Part shown: piece after piece, positions 38,664 to 49,806 of the stretch
Position numbering within the stretch: position 1 is the stretch's first letter
How the letters are laid out: every line of letters starts with the position of its first letter
Origin: Candidatus Latescibacterota bacterium
Lineage (GTDB): Bacteria; Latescibacterota; UBA2968; GCA-2709665
DNA: 64,000 nt
Reading direction: 5' to 3'
NCBI GenBank assembly: GCA_965205485.1
Contig: OZ242180.1
Location: 3,200,001 to 3,264,000, forward strand
Program-made: the position numbers and the translations under genes
Notes under the pieces: generated by a model
The model's database searches: none
What the model was told of the DNA's origin: nothing
Seen by the model: the letters and a program-made list of their open reading frames with translations, nothing else

Positions 38664-38711
38664 GTGTGCCCATCTGTCGGCCGCGAAAATGCCCGTTTCA
38701 CAGGTAGAATC

Positions 38712-39749
38712 ATGGAAAAACCCAATGTCGTCGTCATCGGCTATGGCTTTGCCGGCCGCTGCTTCCACGCCTATCTGGTGGGACTGGCCGGCGGCCTGAA
38801 CCTGTACGGCATCGCCACAAGCCGGCCGGAGGCCCGCGACGAAATCCAGCGCGACCTGGGTGTAAAGACCTTCCGCCACTTCGATGAGGTGTTGGCCGAT
38901 TCAGCCGTTGATTTAGTCGTCCTCGCCACGCCCAATGACCTCCACGCCCCGCACGCGATCCAGGCGCTGGCAGCAGGCAAACACGTCGTCACCGACAAGC
39001 CCATGTGCCTGAGCATGGCTGAGGCCGACCGGATGATCGCCGCCAGCCAGGCGCACGACCGCTTGCTCAGCGTATTTCAGAATCGCCGCTGGGACGGCGA
39101 TTTTCTCGCCGTTAAAGACACGCTGGCCCAAGGGCTTGTCGGCGATCTCTTTTTGCTGGAGATGTTCTGGGGCCAAAACGGGCCTCCGCGAGGCTGGCGC
39201 AGCATCGCACGGCACGGCGGCGGCAAATTCCTCGATTTAGGTGCACACCTGGTCGATCAAGCCCTCCAGCTCATCGACGCGCCGCTCGCAAAGGTGTACG
39301 CCACCTTCCACTCTGGCGACCCACTCAGCATCGACGTCGAGTCCCACGCGCTGGCCGTGCTCCACTTTACCAACGGCGTCGAAGCGCGCGTGGAGACCTC
39401 GTCGCTGGCGAGCAAGGCCAAACCGCGCTGGTACGTGCTGGGCACGGAAGGCGCACTGGTTAAAGAAGGCGTTGACCCGCAGGAAAAGGCCATGATCGCC
39501 GGCGACATCGACGCGGCTGAAGAGGCGCCCGAGCACTACGCCCGCCTCTTTAGGTCAGCCGAGGAAACCATTATTAAGACGGCACCTGGTCGCTGGCGCT
39601 CCTACTACGAGAACATCGCCGACGCGCTCGCCGGCCGCGCCGAGCTGGCCGTCACCGCCGAGAGCGTGCGGCATGCCATGATTGCCATTGAGGCCGCCCG
39701 GCTCTCTGCCGCCGAGCAGCGGCCCGTAGCCCCGGAGGAAGTCGGGTGA
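38712..39749 (+). CDS. Gfo/Idh/MocA family oxidoreductase (YdgJ/IolW-like)
   Basis: Motifs IGYGFAG..FH, TPNDLH, GKHVVTDKP, FQNRRWDGDF, DLGAHLVDQ and GVDPQE. Confidence 0.9.
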   Translation: MEKPNVVVIGYGFAGRCFHAYLVGLAGGLNLYGIATSRPEARDEIQRDLGVKTFRHFDEVLADSAVDLVVLATPNDLHAPHAIQALAAGKHVVTDKPMCLSMAEADRMIAASQAHDRLLSVFQNRRWDGDFLAVKDTLAQGLVGDLFLLEMFWGQNGPPRGWRSIARHGGGKFLDLGAHLVDQALQLIDAPLAKVYATFHSGDPLSIDVESHALAVLHFTNGVEARVETSSLASKAKPRWYVLGTEGALVKEGVDPQEKAMIAGDIDAAEEAPEHYARLFRSAEETIIKTAPGRWRSYYENIADALAGRAELAVTAESVRHAMIAIEAARLSAAEQRPVAPEEVG

Positions 39750-40336
39750 AATTGCGGCCGGGCAACTACGGCAAGGAGACCAGCTTTGAGGTTCGCACGT
39801 TCGACGCGGAGATGCCCGTCGACGAATACGCCCGCCTGCCCAAACACCCGCTCTATCTGGTGCTCGACAATTTGCGCAGCGCCTTCAACGTCGGCTCGAT
39901 CTTCCGCACGGCCGACGCGGGTCGCTTGCAGGGAATCTACACCTGTGGCTACACGGCTCATCCTCCCCATCCCAAGCTCGACAAGACGGCGTTGGGCACC
40001 CTCCCGTACATCGAGACCCGCCACTTCGCCACCACGCTACAAGCCATTGAGCACTTGCGCGCTCGCCAGGTGCAGGTTTGGGCGCTGGAGACGACATCGC
40101 AAAGTCGCTGCTACGCCGAGTTGAACTATCCGTGCCCCCTGGCCCTCATCGTGGGTAATGAGGCCCTCGGCGTGAGTCGCACCGCACTGGAGTGCTGCGA
40201 CGAGCTGGTTGAGATTCCCATGTACGGCTACAAAAACAGCCTCAACGTCGCCGCGGCCAGCGCCGTCCTCGTCTTTGAGGTTCTGCGCCAATGGCGGGCC
40301 GTCAGCCCCACCTGTCAGCCCACCGCCCCTTCCTGA
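39746..40336 (+). CDS. TrmH/SpoU family RNA methyltransferase
   Basis: Motifs LDNLRSAFNVGSIFRTAD, GNEALGV and EIPMYGYKNSLNVA. Confidence 0.92.
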   Translation: MKLRPGNYGKETSFEVRTFDAEMPVDEYARLPKHPLYLVLDNLRSAFNVGSIFRTADAGRLQGIYTCGYTAHPPHPKLDKTALGTLPYIETRHFATTLQAIEHLRARQVQVWALETTSQSRCYAELNYPCPLALIVGNEALGVSRTALECCDELVEIPMYGYKNSLNVAAASAVLVFEVLRQWRAVSPTCQPTAPS

Positions 40337-40566
40337 ACCCACCCCGCAGACTCGGGGTCCAGCCGCCCGTTTGCTGCGCGACTGGCTCGGCTTTGAGTTC
40401 GTCACCACCCCCATTTCCCTGTGTCTACACGTAAAATGCAAGAAGCAAATCGACTTATCGTGTCTCGGCTGCGAACGTTTTCGTTCCGATTTCTCGTCGG
40501 CAGAATAGCATCGAGGCTGGCGGGCAGGAATGTCGGCCGCATCCTCCAACGTAAGCCGGCGGCGCC

Positions 40567-42744
40567 TCACGTACCGCTGCCGAAGCTTCGGGCAAAGATC
40601 ACAAAATCGTTGAACCCGACCTCACCGTCGCCGTCCAGGTCGAAACGCGCGTCAAACCCGGCGTCGTCCCGGCTCTGACCGAACTGGGATGCAAACTGCA
40701 GGAAGTCGGGAAAGCCCACAGCGCCGTCGCCGTCGAAGTCGGTAGCAAGGGGTTGACGAGCGACATACGGCGAGACGTCCCACAATAGGATTGCGCTGCC
40801 GCCGCTGGCCAGTTTACTTCCGTCCGGAGAAAACGCCACCGACGGGACCCAATATGTATGCGCTGTGAAGGTGGCTTCTTCCTGCCCCGTGGCCGCGTTC
40901 CACAGCCGCACCGAACCGTCCGAACTGCAGCTGGCCAGCGTGGTCCCATCCGGTGAAAATACCACCGAATAGACCCATTCCGTATGTCCGGTGAGAGTGA
41001 ACTTTTCCTGCCCTGAGGCCACGTCCCACAACCTTACCGTACTGTCTTTACCGGCACTCGCCAGCGTGCCTCCATCCGGGGAAAATGCTACCGAACGGAC
41101 GTGCAGCGTATGTCCTGTGAGGGTGTTCTCTACCTGCCCTGAGGCCAGGTCCCACATCCGAACCGAATTGTCCGAACTGCCGCTGGCCAGCGTATTTCCA
41201 TCCGGCGAAAACGCTACCGAATAGACCGTGCCGAAATGTGGTGTCAAGGCGCTTTTCTCCTGCCCTGAGGCCACGTCCCACAACCGCACCGTACCAATCC
41301 CGCCGTCGCCACTTGCCAGCGTCTTTCCATCCGGCGAGAACGCCACCGACTCGACTCCTCGGGTATGTCCTGTGAGGGTGTGTTTTGCCTGCCCTGTGGC
41401 CGCGTCCCACAACCGCACAGATCCGTCCCAGCTGCTGCTTGCAAGCCTGGTCCCATCCGGCGAAAACGCTACCGAACTGACATCACGGGTATGACCCGTG
41501 AAAGTGCGTTTTACCTGCCCTGTGGCCACGTCCCACAACCGCGCTTTATCGTCCACATCACCGCTTGCCAACGTCGCCCCATCCGGCGAAAACGCCACCG
41601 ACCTGGTTGACCCGGAATGTCCCCTGAGAGTGCTCTTTTCCTGTCCCGTGGCCACGTCCCACAATCGCGCCGTATGATCCCAGCTGGCGCTTGCCAGCGA
41701 TGTTTCGTCCGGCGAAAACGCAATCGTCCTGATCGTCCCCGAATGTCCTGTCAGGGTGGTTTTTTCAGTTTGGTTGGCCAGGTCCCACAACCGCACCGTA
41801 TTGTCCGAACTGCCACTGGCCAGGGTCATTCCATCATGCGAAAACAACACCGACCTGACTGTCGCCGTATGTCCTGTGAGAGTATAATTGACCTGGCCTG
41901 TTGCCACGTCCCATAATCGCACCGTATTGTCGTAACCGCCGCTGGCCATGGTCTTCCCGTCCGGCGAAAACGCCACCGATCCGGGCCACCAGTTTTGTTC
42001 TGTTACTGCGCCTTTTTCTTCGCCGGTGGACACTTCCCACAATCTCAACGTACGATCACTACTGGTGCCGGCCAACGTCTTCCCATCTGGCGAAAACACC
42101 ACGGACGTGACAGACGACGTGTGTCCTGTGAGGGTGTTTTTCTCGTGCCCTGTGGCCGCGTCCCATAGCCGCACCGATTCGTCCCGACTGCCGCTTGCAA
42201 GCGTGGTCCCATCCGGTGAAAACACCACCGAATTGACAATGTTGGTATGTCCTGTGAGGGTGTTTTTCTCGTGTCCTGTGGCCGCGTCCCACACCCGCAC
42301 CGTCCTGTCCCAACCGCCGCTTGCCACCGCAGTACCATCGGGTGAAAACGCCACCGAAGTGACCCGATGGGTATGTCCGGTCAAGGTGCTTTTTTCCTGC
42401 CACGTGGCCACGTCCCACAACCGCACCGTATAGTCGCCACTGGCGCTGGCCAGCGTCGTCCCATCCGGCGAAAACACTATCGATACCACTTCACGTCTAT
42501 GACCCGCGAGCAGAGAAACTTCGTCACCGGTTTCAGCATCGTAAACCCAGATGCCAATGGTACCGCCCACCGCCAGCTGCGTCCCGTCCCGCGTCCAGGC
42601 CACCAGGCGTGATTCTCCTTTGCGCAGCCGCTTTAGTGCCCCCTGGGGCAATCCCATTCGTGTGTGATCCTGTGCGAGGCTGTCGTGTGAAAACAGGACA
42701 GTCGTCAATACTAGAGTGACGCCCAAAATCGTTGACCTCTTCAT
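40567..42744 (-). CDS. Secreted WD40-repeat protein (15 repeats) with C-terminal dockerin-like domain; array copy A
   Basis: Signal peptide ending SLA-QD, LPQGALKRL.KG, 15 WD repeats, then DFDGDGAVGFPDF...DLDGDGEVGFNDF. Confidence 0.9.
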   Translation of the reverse strand: MKRSTILGVTLVLTTVLFSHDSLAQDHTRMGLPQGALKRLRKGESRLVAWTRDGTQLAVGGTIGIWVYDAETGDEVSLLAGHRREVVSIVFSPDGTTLASASGDYTVRLWDVATWQEKSTLTGHTHRVTSVAFSPDGTAVASGGWDRTVRVWDAATGHEKNTLTGHTNIVNSVVFSPDGTTLASGSRDESVRLWDAATGHEKNTLTGHTSSVTSVVFSPDGKTLAGTSSDRTLRLWEVSTGEEKGAVTEQNWWPGSVAFSPDGKTMASGGYDNTVRLWDVATGQVNYTLTGHTATVRSVLFSHDGMTLASGSSDNTVRLWDLANQTEKTTLTGHSGTIRTIAFSPDETSLASASWDHTARLWDVATGQEKSTLRGHSGSTRSVAFSPDGATLASGDVDDKARLWDVATGQVKRTFTGHTRDVSSVAFSPDGTRLASSSWDGSVRLWDAATGQAKHTLTGHTRGVESVAFSPDGKTLASGDGGIGTVRLWDVASGQEKSALTPHFGTVYSVAFSPDGNTLASGSSDNSVRMWDLASGQVENTLTGHTLHVRSVAFSPDGGTLASAGKDSTVRLWDVASGQEKFTLTGHTEWVYSVVFSPDGTTLASCSSDGSVRLWNAATGQEEATFTAHTYWVPSVAFSPDGSKLASGGSAILLWDVSPYVARQPLATDFDGDGAVGFPDFLQFASQFGQSRDDAGFDARFDLDGDGEVGFNDFVIFARSFGSGT

Positions 42745-42908
42745 CTGAATGCCCTCCCTTACGATGATTGACTTTGATTACAAGGGATTGACTATGATCT
42801 AACGGAACGAAAAGACAGTGATTGATGTGGGTTTGTTGACGACCTGCACCGAGTGATGGATTCGTGGAGATAATTGGCGCGACCGGTTTCCTACACCGTT
42901 TGTTCGCT

Positions 42909-44996
42909 TCAGTTACCCCGGCCGAAGCTTTGGCTGAAGATCCGCCAATCCCAGGACCCGACCTCCCCATCGCCGTCCAGGTCGAAACGCGCGTCGTAAC
43001 CCGCATCTCCCCAGCGCAACCCGTATTGCGCGACGAATTGCAGAAAGTCGGCAAAGCCCACGGTGCCGTCGCCGTCGAAATCGGCAGCAAGGGGTTGCAG
43101 CGCGGCACGTGACGAGACGTCCCACAGCAAGATCGTACCGTCGTAACTGCCGCTTGCCAGCGTTTTCCCATCCGGGGAAAACACCACCGAATTGATCGGA
43201 TCGGTATGTCCCGTGAGGGCGCGTATATTCTGCCCTGTGGCCACGTCCCACAGCCATACCGCCTTGTGCGCACTGCCGGTTGCCAGCGTCATCCCATCCG
43301 GCGAATACGCCAACGAACGGAAATTATCGCCAGTGAAGGTGCGTATGTCCTGCCCTGTGTCCACGTCCCAAAACTGAACCGTACCGTCAATACCGGCGCT
43401 TGCCAGGGTCGTTCCATCCGGCGAAAACACCAAATCATGGACCCTATAGGTAGTTGCTGTGAGGGTGTGTTTCTCGTGCCCTGTGTCCACGTCCCACAAC
43501 CGCACGGAGCTGTCTCCACCAGCGCCTGCGAGCGTCTTACCATCCGGCGAAAACGCCACTGTCGCGAGTCTATTAATATGTGCTGTGAGGGTGTGTTTCT
43601 CGTGCCCTGTGTCCACGTCCCATAACCGCACCGTATCGTCCTGATATCCGCCAGCGCTTGCCAGCGTCTTGCCATCAGGCGAAAACGCCACCGACTCGAC
43701 AGGGCCTGAATGTCCCGTGAGGGTGTGTTTCTCGTGCCCCGTGTCCACCTCCCACAGCCGCACCGTATCGTCCCGATAGCCGCCACCGCTTGCCAGGGTC
43801 AACCCATCCGGCGAAAACGCCACCGACTCGACCCGGCGGGTATGTCCTTCGATGGTGCGTATATCCTGCCCGGTTTCCACATCCCACAATCGGACCATGT
43901 GGTCGCTACCGCCGCTTGCCAGCATCTTCCCGTCCGGCGAATACACAACCGAATTGACGGTGGATGTATGCCCTTCAAGTCTGAGGGTGCCCTTCTCCAG
44001 CCCGGTTTCCACGTCCCACTGCCGCACCGTATTGTCGAAGGTGCGACTTGCCAGGCTCATCCCGTCCTGCGAGTACGCAACCGACTGGACTCTGGACTCA
44101 TGCCCTGTGAGTGTGTGTTTCTCCTGCCCTGTAGCCACGTCCCAAACCCGCACGGTACTGTCCCGACTGGCGCTGGCCAGCGTCGATCCATCGGGCGAAA
44201 ACACGACCGAATACACCCAATGGGTATGCCCGTCCAGGGTGAATTCTTCCTGTCCCGTTTCCAGGTCCCACAACCTTACAGTTTGGTCGTAACTGGCGCT
44301 TGCCAGCGTCAATCCGTCCGGCGAAAAGGCCACCGACCGGACCTCATTGGTATGTGCCTTGAGGGTGTGTTCTTCCTGCCCTGTGACCACATCCCACACC
44401 CGCACGGTACTGTCCCGGCTGGCGCTGGCCAGCGTGGCTCCATCGGGGGAAAATACGACCGACATGACCCAGGGGTTACTAATCTTATCGGTGTACTTTT
44501 CGTTGATGAGCCTGTGTTTTTGCTGCTCAGTGGCCACGTCCCACACCCGCACCGTGCCGTCGCGACTCCCGCTCGCCAGCGTCAGACCATCGGGCGAGAA
44601 TGCCACCGCCTCGACGTCGTACCTATGCCCTGTGAGGATGCTTTTTTCCTGTCCTGTGGCCACGTCCCACAACCGCACGGTATCGTCGCGACTGCCGCTT
44701 GCCAGCGTCAGCCCATCGGGAGAAAACGCAACCGCATTGACTCGGAACGAATGTCCTGTGATGAAGGAAATTTCCTCTCCTGTGCGGGCATCGTAGAGCC
44801 AGATGCCGGCGGTGCCCCCCGCGGCCAGGCGCGTGCGGTCCGGCGACCAGGCCACGTCAAGCACGTTTCCTTTACCCAACCGCATGCGGGCCCCTTCAGG
44901 CAGGCTCCAGCGGAGGTAGTCCTGTGCGCGGCTGTCCTGGGCGATCAAGACGGCCGTCAAAAGAAGAATCAGGCTCGAAATCGTAGACCTTTTCAT
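42909..44996 (-). CDS. Secreted WD40-repeat protein (14 repeats) with dockerin-like domain; array copy B
   Basis: Signal peptide ending SRA-QD, LPEGARMRLGKG, 14 WD repeats and two DxDGDG motifs. Confidence 0.9.
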   Translation of the reverse strand: MKRSTISSLILLLTAVLIAQDSRAQDYLRWSLPEGARMRLGKGNVLDVAWSPDRTRLAAGGTAGIWLYDARTGEEISFITGHSFRVNAVAFSPDGLTLASGSRDDTVRLWDVATGQEKSILTGHRYDVEAVAFSPDGLTLASGSRDGTVRVWDVATEQQKHRLINEKYTDKISNPWVMSVVFSPDGATLASASRDSTVRVWDVVTGQEEHTLKAHTNEVRSVAFSPDGLTLASASYDQTVRLWDLETGQEEFTLDGHTHWVYSVVFSPDGSTLASASRDSTVRVWDVATGQEKHTLTGHESRVQSVAYSQDGMSLASRTFDNTVRQWDVETGLEKGTLRLEGHTSTVNSVVYSPDGKMLASGGSDHMVRLWDVETGQDIRTIEGHTRRVESVAFSPDGLTLASGGGYRDDTVRLWEVDTGHEKHTLTGHSGPVESVAFSPDGKTLASAGGYQDDTVRLWDVDTGHEKHTLTAHINRLATVAFSPDGKTLAGAGGDSSVRLWDVDTGHEKHTLTATTYRVHDLVFSPDGTTLASAGIDGTVQFWDVDTGQDIRTFTGDNFRSLAYSPDGMTLATGSAHKAVWLWDVATGQNIRALTGHTDPINSVVFSPDGKTLASGSYDGTILLWDVSSRAALQPLAADFDGDGTVGFADFLQFVAQYGLRWGDAGYDARFDLDGDGEVGSWDWRIFSQSFGRGN

Positions 44997-45111
44997 CTGA
45001 ATTCCCTCCCTAACTGTGATAAATTCTGACTAAACCGAATGGTGAGACTGAGATTGACGGTGACTTCTATCTTGGCTTTGCGCGACCTGTTTCCGACACC
45101 GCTTGTTCGCT

Positions 45112-47187
45112 TCAGGTACCCCGACTGAAGCTTTTTCTGAAAATCGACCAATCGGGGTACCCGATATCCCCGTCGTTATCCAAATCAAAGCGTGGGTCGT
45201 ATCCCGTATCTCCCCAGCTCAGCCCGAACTTCGCGGCAAATTGCAGAAAGTCGGAAAAGCCCACGGAACCGTCGCCATCGAAGTCGGCGGCAAGGGGTTG
45301 CAACGCGTCACGTGACGAGACATCCCATAGCAGAATCGTTCCATCGTAACTGGCGCTTGCAAGCGTTCTGCGGTCCGGCGAAAACGCCACCGTCCAGATC
45401 GGAGCGGTATGTCCTCTTAGGGCGCGTATATTCTGCCCGGTGGCCACGTCCCACAGCCATACCGCCTTGTACGGACTGCTGGTTGCCAGCGTCTTTCCAT
45501 CCGGCGAGAACGCAATGGAAAAGAAATTCTCGCTACGTGCTGAGAATGTGTTTTTCTCCTGTCCTGCGGCCGCGTCCCACAACCGCACCGTGCCCCGGGA
45601 ATCGGAGCTTGCAAGCGTCCTGCCATCGGGCGAAAACACCACCGCATGGAGCCCTGCATTGTGTCCTGTGAGGGTGATTTTCTCACGCCCGGTTGACGGA
45701 TCCCACAACTTCACCGTCTCGTCGTAACTGGCGCTTGCAAGCGTCGATCCATCGGGCGAAAACGCCACCCAGGAGACAGACGCCGTATGTCCCGTGAGGC
45801 TGTGTTTCTCCTGCCCCGTGGTCACGTCCCACAATCGAACCGTTTCGTCCCGACCGCCGGCGCTTGCAAGTGTGGTCCCATCCGGCGAAAACGCCACCGA
45901 CTCGACAGACGACGTATGTCCGGTGAGGGTGAGTTTCTCCTGCCCAGTGGCCGCTTCCCACAACCGCATAGTTCCGTCCCGACCGCCGCCGGTTGCCAGC
46001 ATGGTCCCATCCAGCGAGTACGCCAATGACCCATCTCCTGCGAAAGTGCTTTTTACCTGTCCTGTGGCCACGTCCCACAACCGGATGCCAGGGTCGTTAC
46101 CACTGCCTGCCAGGGTCTGTCCATCCGGCGAGAACGCCAACGAGTTCACAGATTGTGTATGCCCTGTAAGGCGTAGGGTGCTTTTCTCCTGCCCCGTTTC
46201 TACGTCCCATGTCCGGACCGTATTGTCAAAACTGCGGCTCTCCAGCGCCACCCCATCCTGCGAATAAACGACCGATCGGACGCTGGACGAATGTCCTGTG
46301 ATGGTACTCATCTCCTGCCCTGTGCCCGTGTCCCACACCCGTACCGTACTGTCCCGACCCGCGCTTGCCAGCGTCAGACCGTCGGGCGAATACGCAATCG
46401 AATACACATAGTGGGTATGTCCTTCCAGGGTGCTTTTTTCCTGTCCCGTTTCCACGTCCCACAGCCGCACGGTATTGTCCAGGCTTGCACTGGCCAGCGT
46501 CAACCCGTCCGGCGAAAAAGCCACCGACGTGGCCCGACGGGTATGTCCTGTGAGCGTATGTATTTCCTGGCCTGTATTCACGTCCCACACCCGCACCGTC
46601 GTGTCACGATTGGCGCTTGCCAGCGTCAGACCGTCGGGTGAAAACGCCACCGAATAGACAAAGGGCCTGTTCCGCAACTCCCGGTACTTTTCGTTCAAGA
46701 GGGTGTGTTTTTCCCGCCCGGTGGCCGTGTCCCACACCCGCACCGTACCGTCGCGACTGCCGCTTGCCAGCATCGTCCCATCCTGCGAGAATGCCACCGC
46801 CTCGACGTCGTATGTATGTCCCGTGAAGATGCTCTTTTCCTGTCCGTTGGCCACGTCCCATAATCGCACTGTGTCGTCACGGCTGCCACTTGCCAGCGTC
46901 AGACCGTCGGGCGAAAACGCAACCGCATTGACCCTGAACGCATGTCCTGTGATCAGGGAAATTTCCGCGCCGGTGATGGCATCGTAGAGCCAGATGCCGG
47001 CGGTGCCCCCCGCGGCCAGACGCGTGCGGTCCGGCGACCAGGCCACGTCGAGCACGTTTCCCTTACCCAACCGCATGCGGGCCCCTTCGGGCAGGCGCCA
47101 GCGATTGTAGTCCTGCGCGTGGCTGTTCTGTGCAAACAAGACTGCTGCCAAGAGAAGAATTGTACTGGAAGTCGTAGACCTTTTCAT
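45112..47187 (-). CDS. Secreted WD40-repeat protein (14 repeats) with dockerin-like domain; array copy C
   Basis: Same architecture as copy B; GGGAGGGCATTCAG-ATG start context. Confidence 0.9.
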   Translation of the reverse strand: MKRSTTSSTILLLAAVLFAQNSHAQDYNRWRLPEGARMRLGKGNVLDVAWSPDRTRLAAGGTAGIWLYDAITGAEISLITGHAFRVNAVAFSPDGLTLASGSRDDTVRLWDVANGQEKSIFTGHTYDVEAVAFSQDGTMLASGSRDGTVRVWDTATGREKHTLLNEKYRELRNRPFVYSVAFSPDGLTLASANRDTTVRVWDVNTGQEIHTLTGHTRRATSVAFSPDGLTLASASLDNTVRLWDVETGQEKSTLEGHTHYVYSIAYSPDGLTLASAGRDSTVRVWDTGTGQEMSTITGHSSSVRSVVYSQDGVALESRSFDNTVRTWDVETGQEKSTLRLTGHTQSVNSLAFSPDGQTLAGSGNDPGIRLWDVATGQVKSTFAGDGSLAYSLDGTMLATGGGRDGTMRLWEAATGQEKLTLTGHTSSVESVAFSPDGTTLASAGGRDETVRLWDVTTGQEKHSLTGHTASVSWVAFSPDGSTLASASYDETVKLWDPSTGREKITLTGHNAGLHAVVFSPDGRTLASSDSRGTVRLWDAAAGQEKNTFSARSENFFSIAFSPDGKTLATSSPYKAVWLWDVATGQNIRALRGHTAPIWTVAFSPDRRTLASASYDGTILLWDVSSRDALQPLAADFDGDGSVGFSDFLQFAAKFGLSWGDTGYDPRFDLDNDGDIGYPDWSIFRKSFSRGT

Positions 47188-47351
47188 CTGAATGCCCTCC
47201 CTTAATGTGATTGACCTTGATTACGAGGGATTGACGATGATTCAACGGCACGAAAAGACAGTGATTGATGTGAGCTTGTTGAGAACCTCGAGCGAGTGAT
47301 GGATTCGTGGAGAAAACTGGCCCGACCGGTTTCCGACACGGTTTGTCCGCT

Positions 47352-49430
47352 TCAGCTACCCCGGCCGAAGCTTTTCCGGAAGATCCAGAAATCGGCAGAA
47401 CCGACGTCACCGTCGCCGTCAAGATCGAAGCGCGCGTCATATCCCACGTCTCCCCAGCGTAGCCCGTAATTCGCGACGAATTGAAGATAGTCGGAAAAGC
47501 CCACGACCCCGTCGCCGTCGAAATCGGCAGCAAGGGGTTGCAGCGCGGCACGTGACGAGACGTCCCACAGCAGAATCGTACCGTCGTAACTGCCGCTCGC
47601 CAGCGTTTTTCCATCCGGCGAGAACACCACCGAATAGATCGGATCGGTATGTCCCGAGAGAGTGCGTATATCCTGCCCTGTGGCCACGTCCCACAACCAC
47701 ACCGCCTTGAAAGGACTGCCGGTTGCCAGCGTCAGACCATCGGGCGAATACGCCAGCGTCCAGAAATTATCGCCGCTTGCGAGTGAGCGTTTATGCTGGC
47801 CTGTATCCGCATCCCACAACCGCACCGTACCGCCGATGTCGGCGCTTGCAAGCGTCGCCCCATCCGGTGAAAACGCGACGTCCTGGATCGCCCGGGTTTG
47901 ACCTGAGAGTGTATACCTCTCCTGTCCGGTTGCCGGATCCCACACCCGCATCGTTTGGTCGTGACTGGCGCTTACCAGTGTCCTGCCATCCGGCGAGAAC
48001 TTCACAGAAGTGACATCTTCCGTATGTCCTGAGAACGTATATTTCTCGTGCCCTGTGGCCAGGTCCCACACCCGCACCGTCCCGTCGCGACTGCCGCTTG
48101 CCAGCGTCCTGCCATCCGGCGAGAATGCCACCGACCTGACAGTGCCCGTATGTCCTGTGAGGGTGTTTTTCTCCTGCCCTGTGGCCGCGTTCCACACCCG
48201 CACCGTATTGTCGTAACCGCCGCTTGCCAGCATCATCCCATCCGGCGAAAACGTTACCGACCTGACCCCACGGGTATGTCCTGCGAAGGTGCCTATATCC
48301 TGCCCGGTGGACACGTCCCACAACCTGACCATACGGTCGTTACCGCCGCTTGCCAGAATCTTCCCGTCCGGCGAATATGCCACCGACAGGACGACGGAGG
48401 TATGCCCTGTAAGTGTGAGGGCGCCATTCTCCAGCCCGGTTTCCACGTCCCACGCCCGGACCGAATTGTCGAAACTGCGGCTTGCCAGGGTCATTCCATC
48501 CGGTGAATATGCAACTGACAGCACGGTGGACGTATGTCCTGTGAGGATACTTTTCTCCTGCCCCGTGGCGGCGTCCCACAACTTGATTGTACGGTCCTGA
48601 CTGCCGCTTGCAAGTTCCGATCCATCGGGCGAATACACCACGGCATACACCACATGGGTATGTCCTTCCAGGGTGTGCTCTTCCTGTCCCGTTTCCACGT
48701 CCCACAACCGTACGGTACTGTCCCGACCGGCGCTTGCCAGTTTCGTTCCATCCGGCGAAAACGCTACCGAAGTGGGTCTATTCGTATGTCCGACGAGCGT
48801 GTGTTTTTCCTGCCCTGTGTTCACGTCCCACACCCGTACCGTCGTGTCACGATTGGCGCTTGCCAGCGTCCGACCGTCGGGTGAAAACGTGACCGAATAG
48901 ACAAAGGGCCTGTTCAGCAACTCCCGGTACTTTTCGTTCAAGAGCGTGTGTTTTTCCTGCCCGGTGGCTACGTCCCACAGGCGTACCGTACCGTCGCGAC
49001 TGCCGCTTGCCAGGGTCGTCCCATCTGGCGAGAATGCCACCGCCTCGACATCGTAGGTATGTCCCGTGAAGATACTTTTTTCCTCTCCTGTATTAACGTC
49101 CCATAACCGCACCGTATCGTCTCGACTGCCACTTGCCAATGTCAGGCCGTCGGGCGAAAACGCAATCCCATTGACTCTGAACGAATGTCCTGTGATCAGG
49201 GAAACTTCCGCTCCGGTGTGGGCATCGTAGAGCCAGATTCCGGCGGTGCCTCCCACGGCCAGGAGCGTCCGGTCCGGCGACCAGGCCACGTCGCGCACGT
49301 AGCCTTTGCCCAGACGCATGTGCGCTCCTTCCGGCAAGCTCCAGCGAACGTAGTCCTGCGCGCTGCCGGTTTGTGCCAGCAAGACAATTGTCAAAAGAGG
49401 AATGAGACCGAAAAACATATGTTTTTTCAT
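47352..49430 (-). CDS. Secreted WD40-repeat protein (14 repeats) with dockerin-like domain; array copy D
   Basis: Start set at MKKHMFFGLIPLL by homology to the paralogues (TCAG-ATG context). Confidence 0.9.
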   Translation of the reverse strand: MKKHMFFGLIPLLTIVLLAQTGSAQDYVRWSLPEGAHMRLGKGYVRDVAWSPDRTLLAVGGTAGIWLYDAHTGAEVSLITGHSFRVNGIAFSPDGLTLASGSRDDTVRLWDVNTGEEKSIFTGHTYDVEAVAFSPDGTTLASGSRDGTVRLWDVATGQEKHTLLNEKYRELLNRPFVYSVTFSPDGRTLASANRDTTVRVWDVNTGQEKHTLVGHTNRPTSVAFSPDGTKLASAGRDSTVRLWDVETGQEEHTLEGHTHVVYAVVYSPDGSELASGSQDRTIKLWDAATGQEKSILTGHTSTVLSVAYSPDGMTLASRSFDNSVRAWDVETGLENGALTLTGHTSVVLSVAYSPDGKILASGGNDRMVRLWDVSTGQDIGTFAGHTRGVRSVTFSPDGMMLASGGYDNTVRVWNAATGQEKNTLTGHTGTVRSVAFSPDGRTLASGSRDGTVRVWDLATGHEKYTFSGHTEDVTSVKFSPDGRTLVSASHDQTMRVWDPATGQERYTLSGQTRAIQDVAFSPDGATLASADIGGTVRLWDADTGQHKRSLASGDNFWTLAYSPDGLTLATGSPFKAVWLWDVATGQDIRTLSGHTDPIYSVVFSPDGKTLASGSYDGTILLWDVSSRAALQPLAADFDGDGVVGFSDYLQFVANYGLRWGDVGYDARFDLDGDGDVGSADFWIFRKSFGRGS

Positions 49431-49806
49431 CTGATTGTCCTTTCCCAATTTGAAAACGTGTGTAACGACAGTAACTGATGCGACTATTGCAATGACCTGG
49501 AGCGAGTGACGGGTTCGTCGAGAGAACTGGCGTATATCGCTCTTCCGTTCAAGCAGCGAGTCGATTAACTTCCGCACTTTCCGTGAGGCGTTGCTTCTCA
49601 ACTACACATACTGCTGTCCGACTCTTCGCGACGTGGATTCCGATATCACCTCCTTTCGAAACGCGGCCAGATTGGTTGAGCGACGGAATGTCAAAACAGA
49701 GGTCGGTCAAGGCTTTGACTCTCATGCGGCGAACCCGCCCAATGGGGGTGGACTCCCGGCCCTTTTTAAACTGGGCGCGACCGGTTTCCGACACGGTTGG
49801 TTCGCT

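Noticed and set aside
38712..40336. Possible horizontal acquisition of the oxidoreductase-TrmH pair, whose codons look more C-ending than the neighbours
   Set aside because: Impression by eye only, with no mobility signatures; it would need a computed codon-usage test.
42745..47351. Integron attC sites in the WD40 spacers (GTTAGAT and GTTGAAT on the minus strand)
   Set aside because: No matching RYYYAAC inverse core, no long imperfect palindrome, no integrase; the 7-mer is expected by chance.
49549..49794. 81-aa ORF in spacer 4 and small ORFs in 54302-55591
   Set aside because: No clear RBS or recognisable motifs, and composition is atypical of the real genes here.
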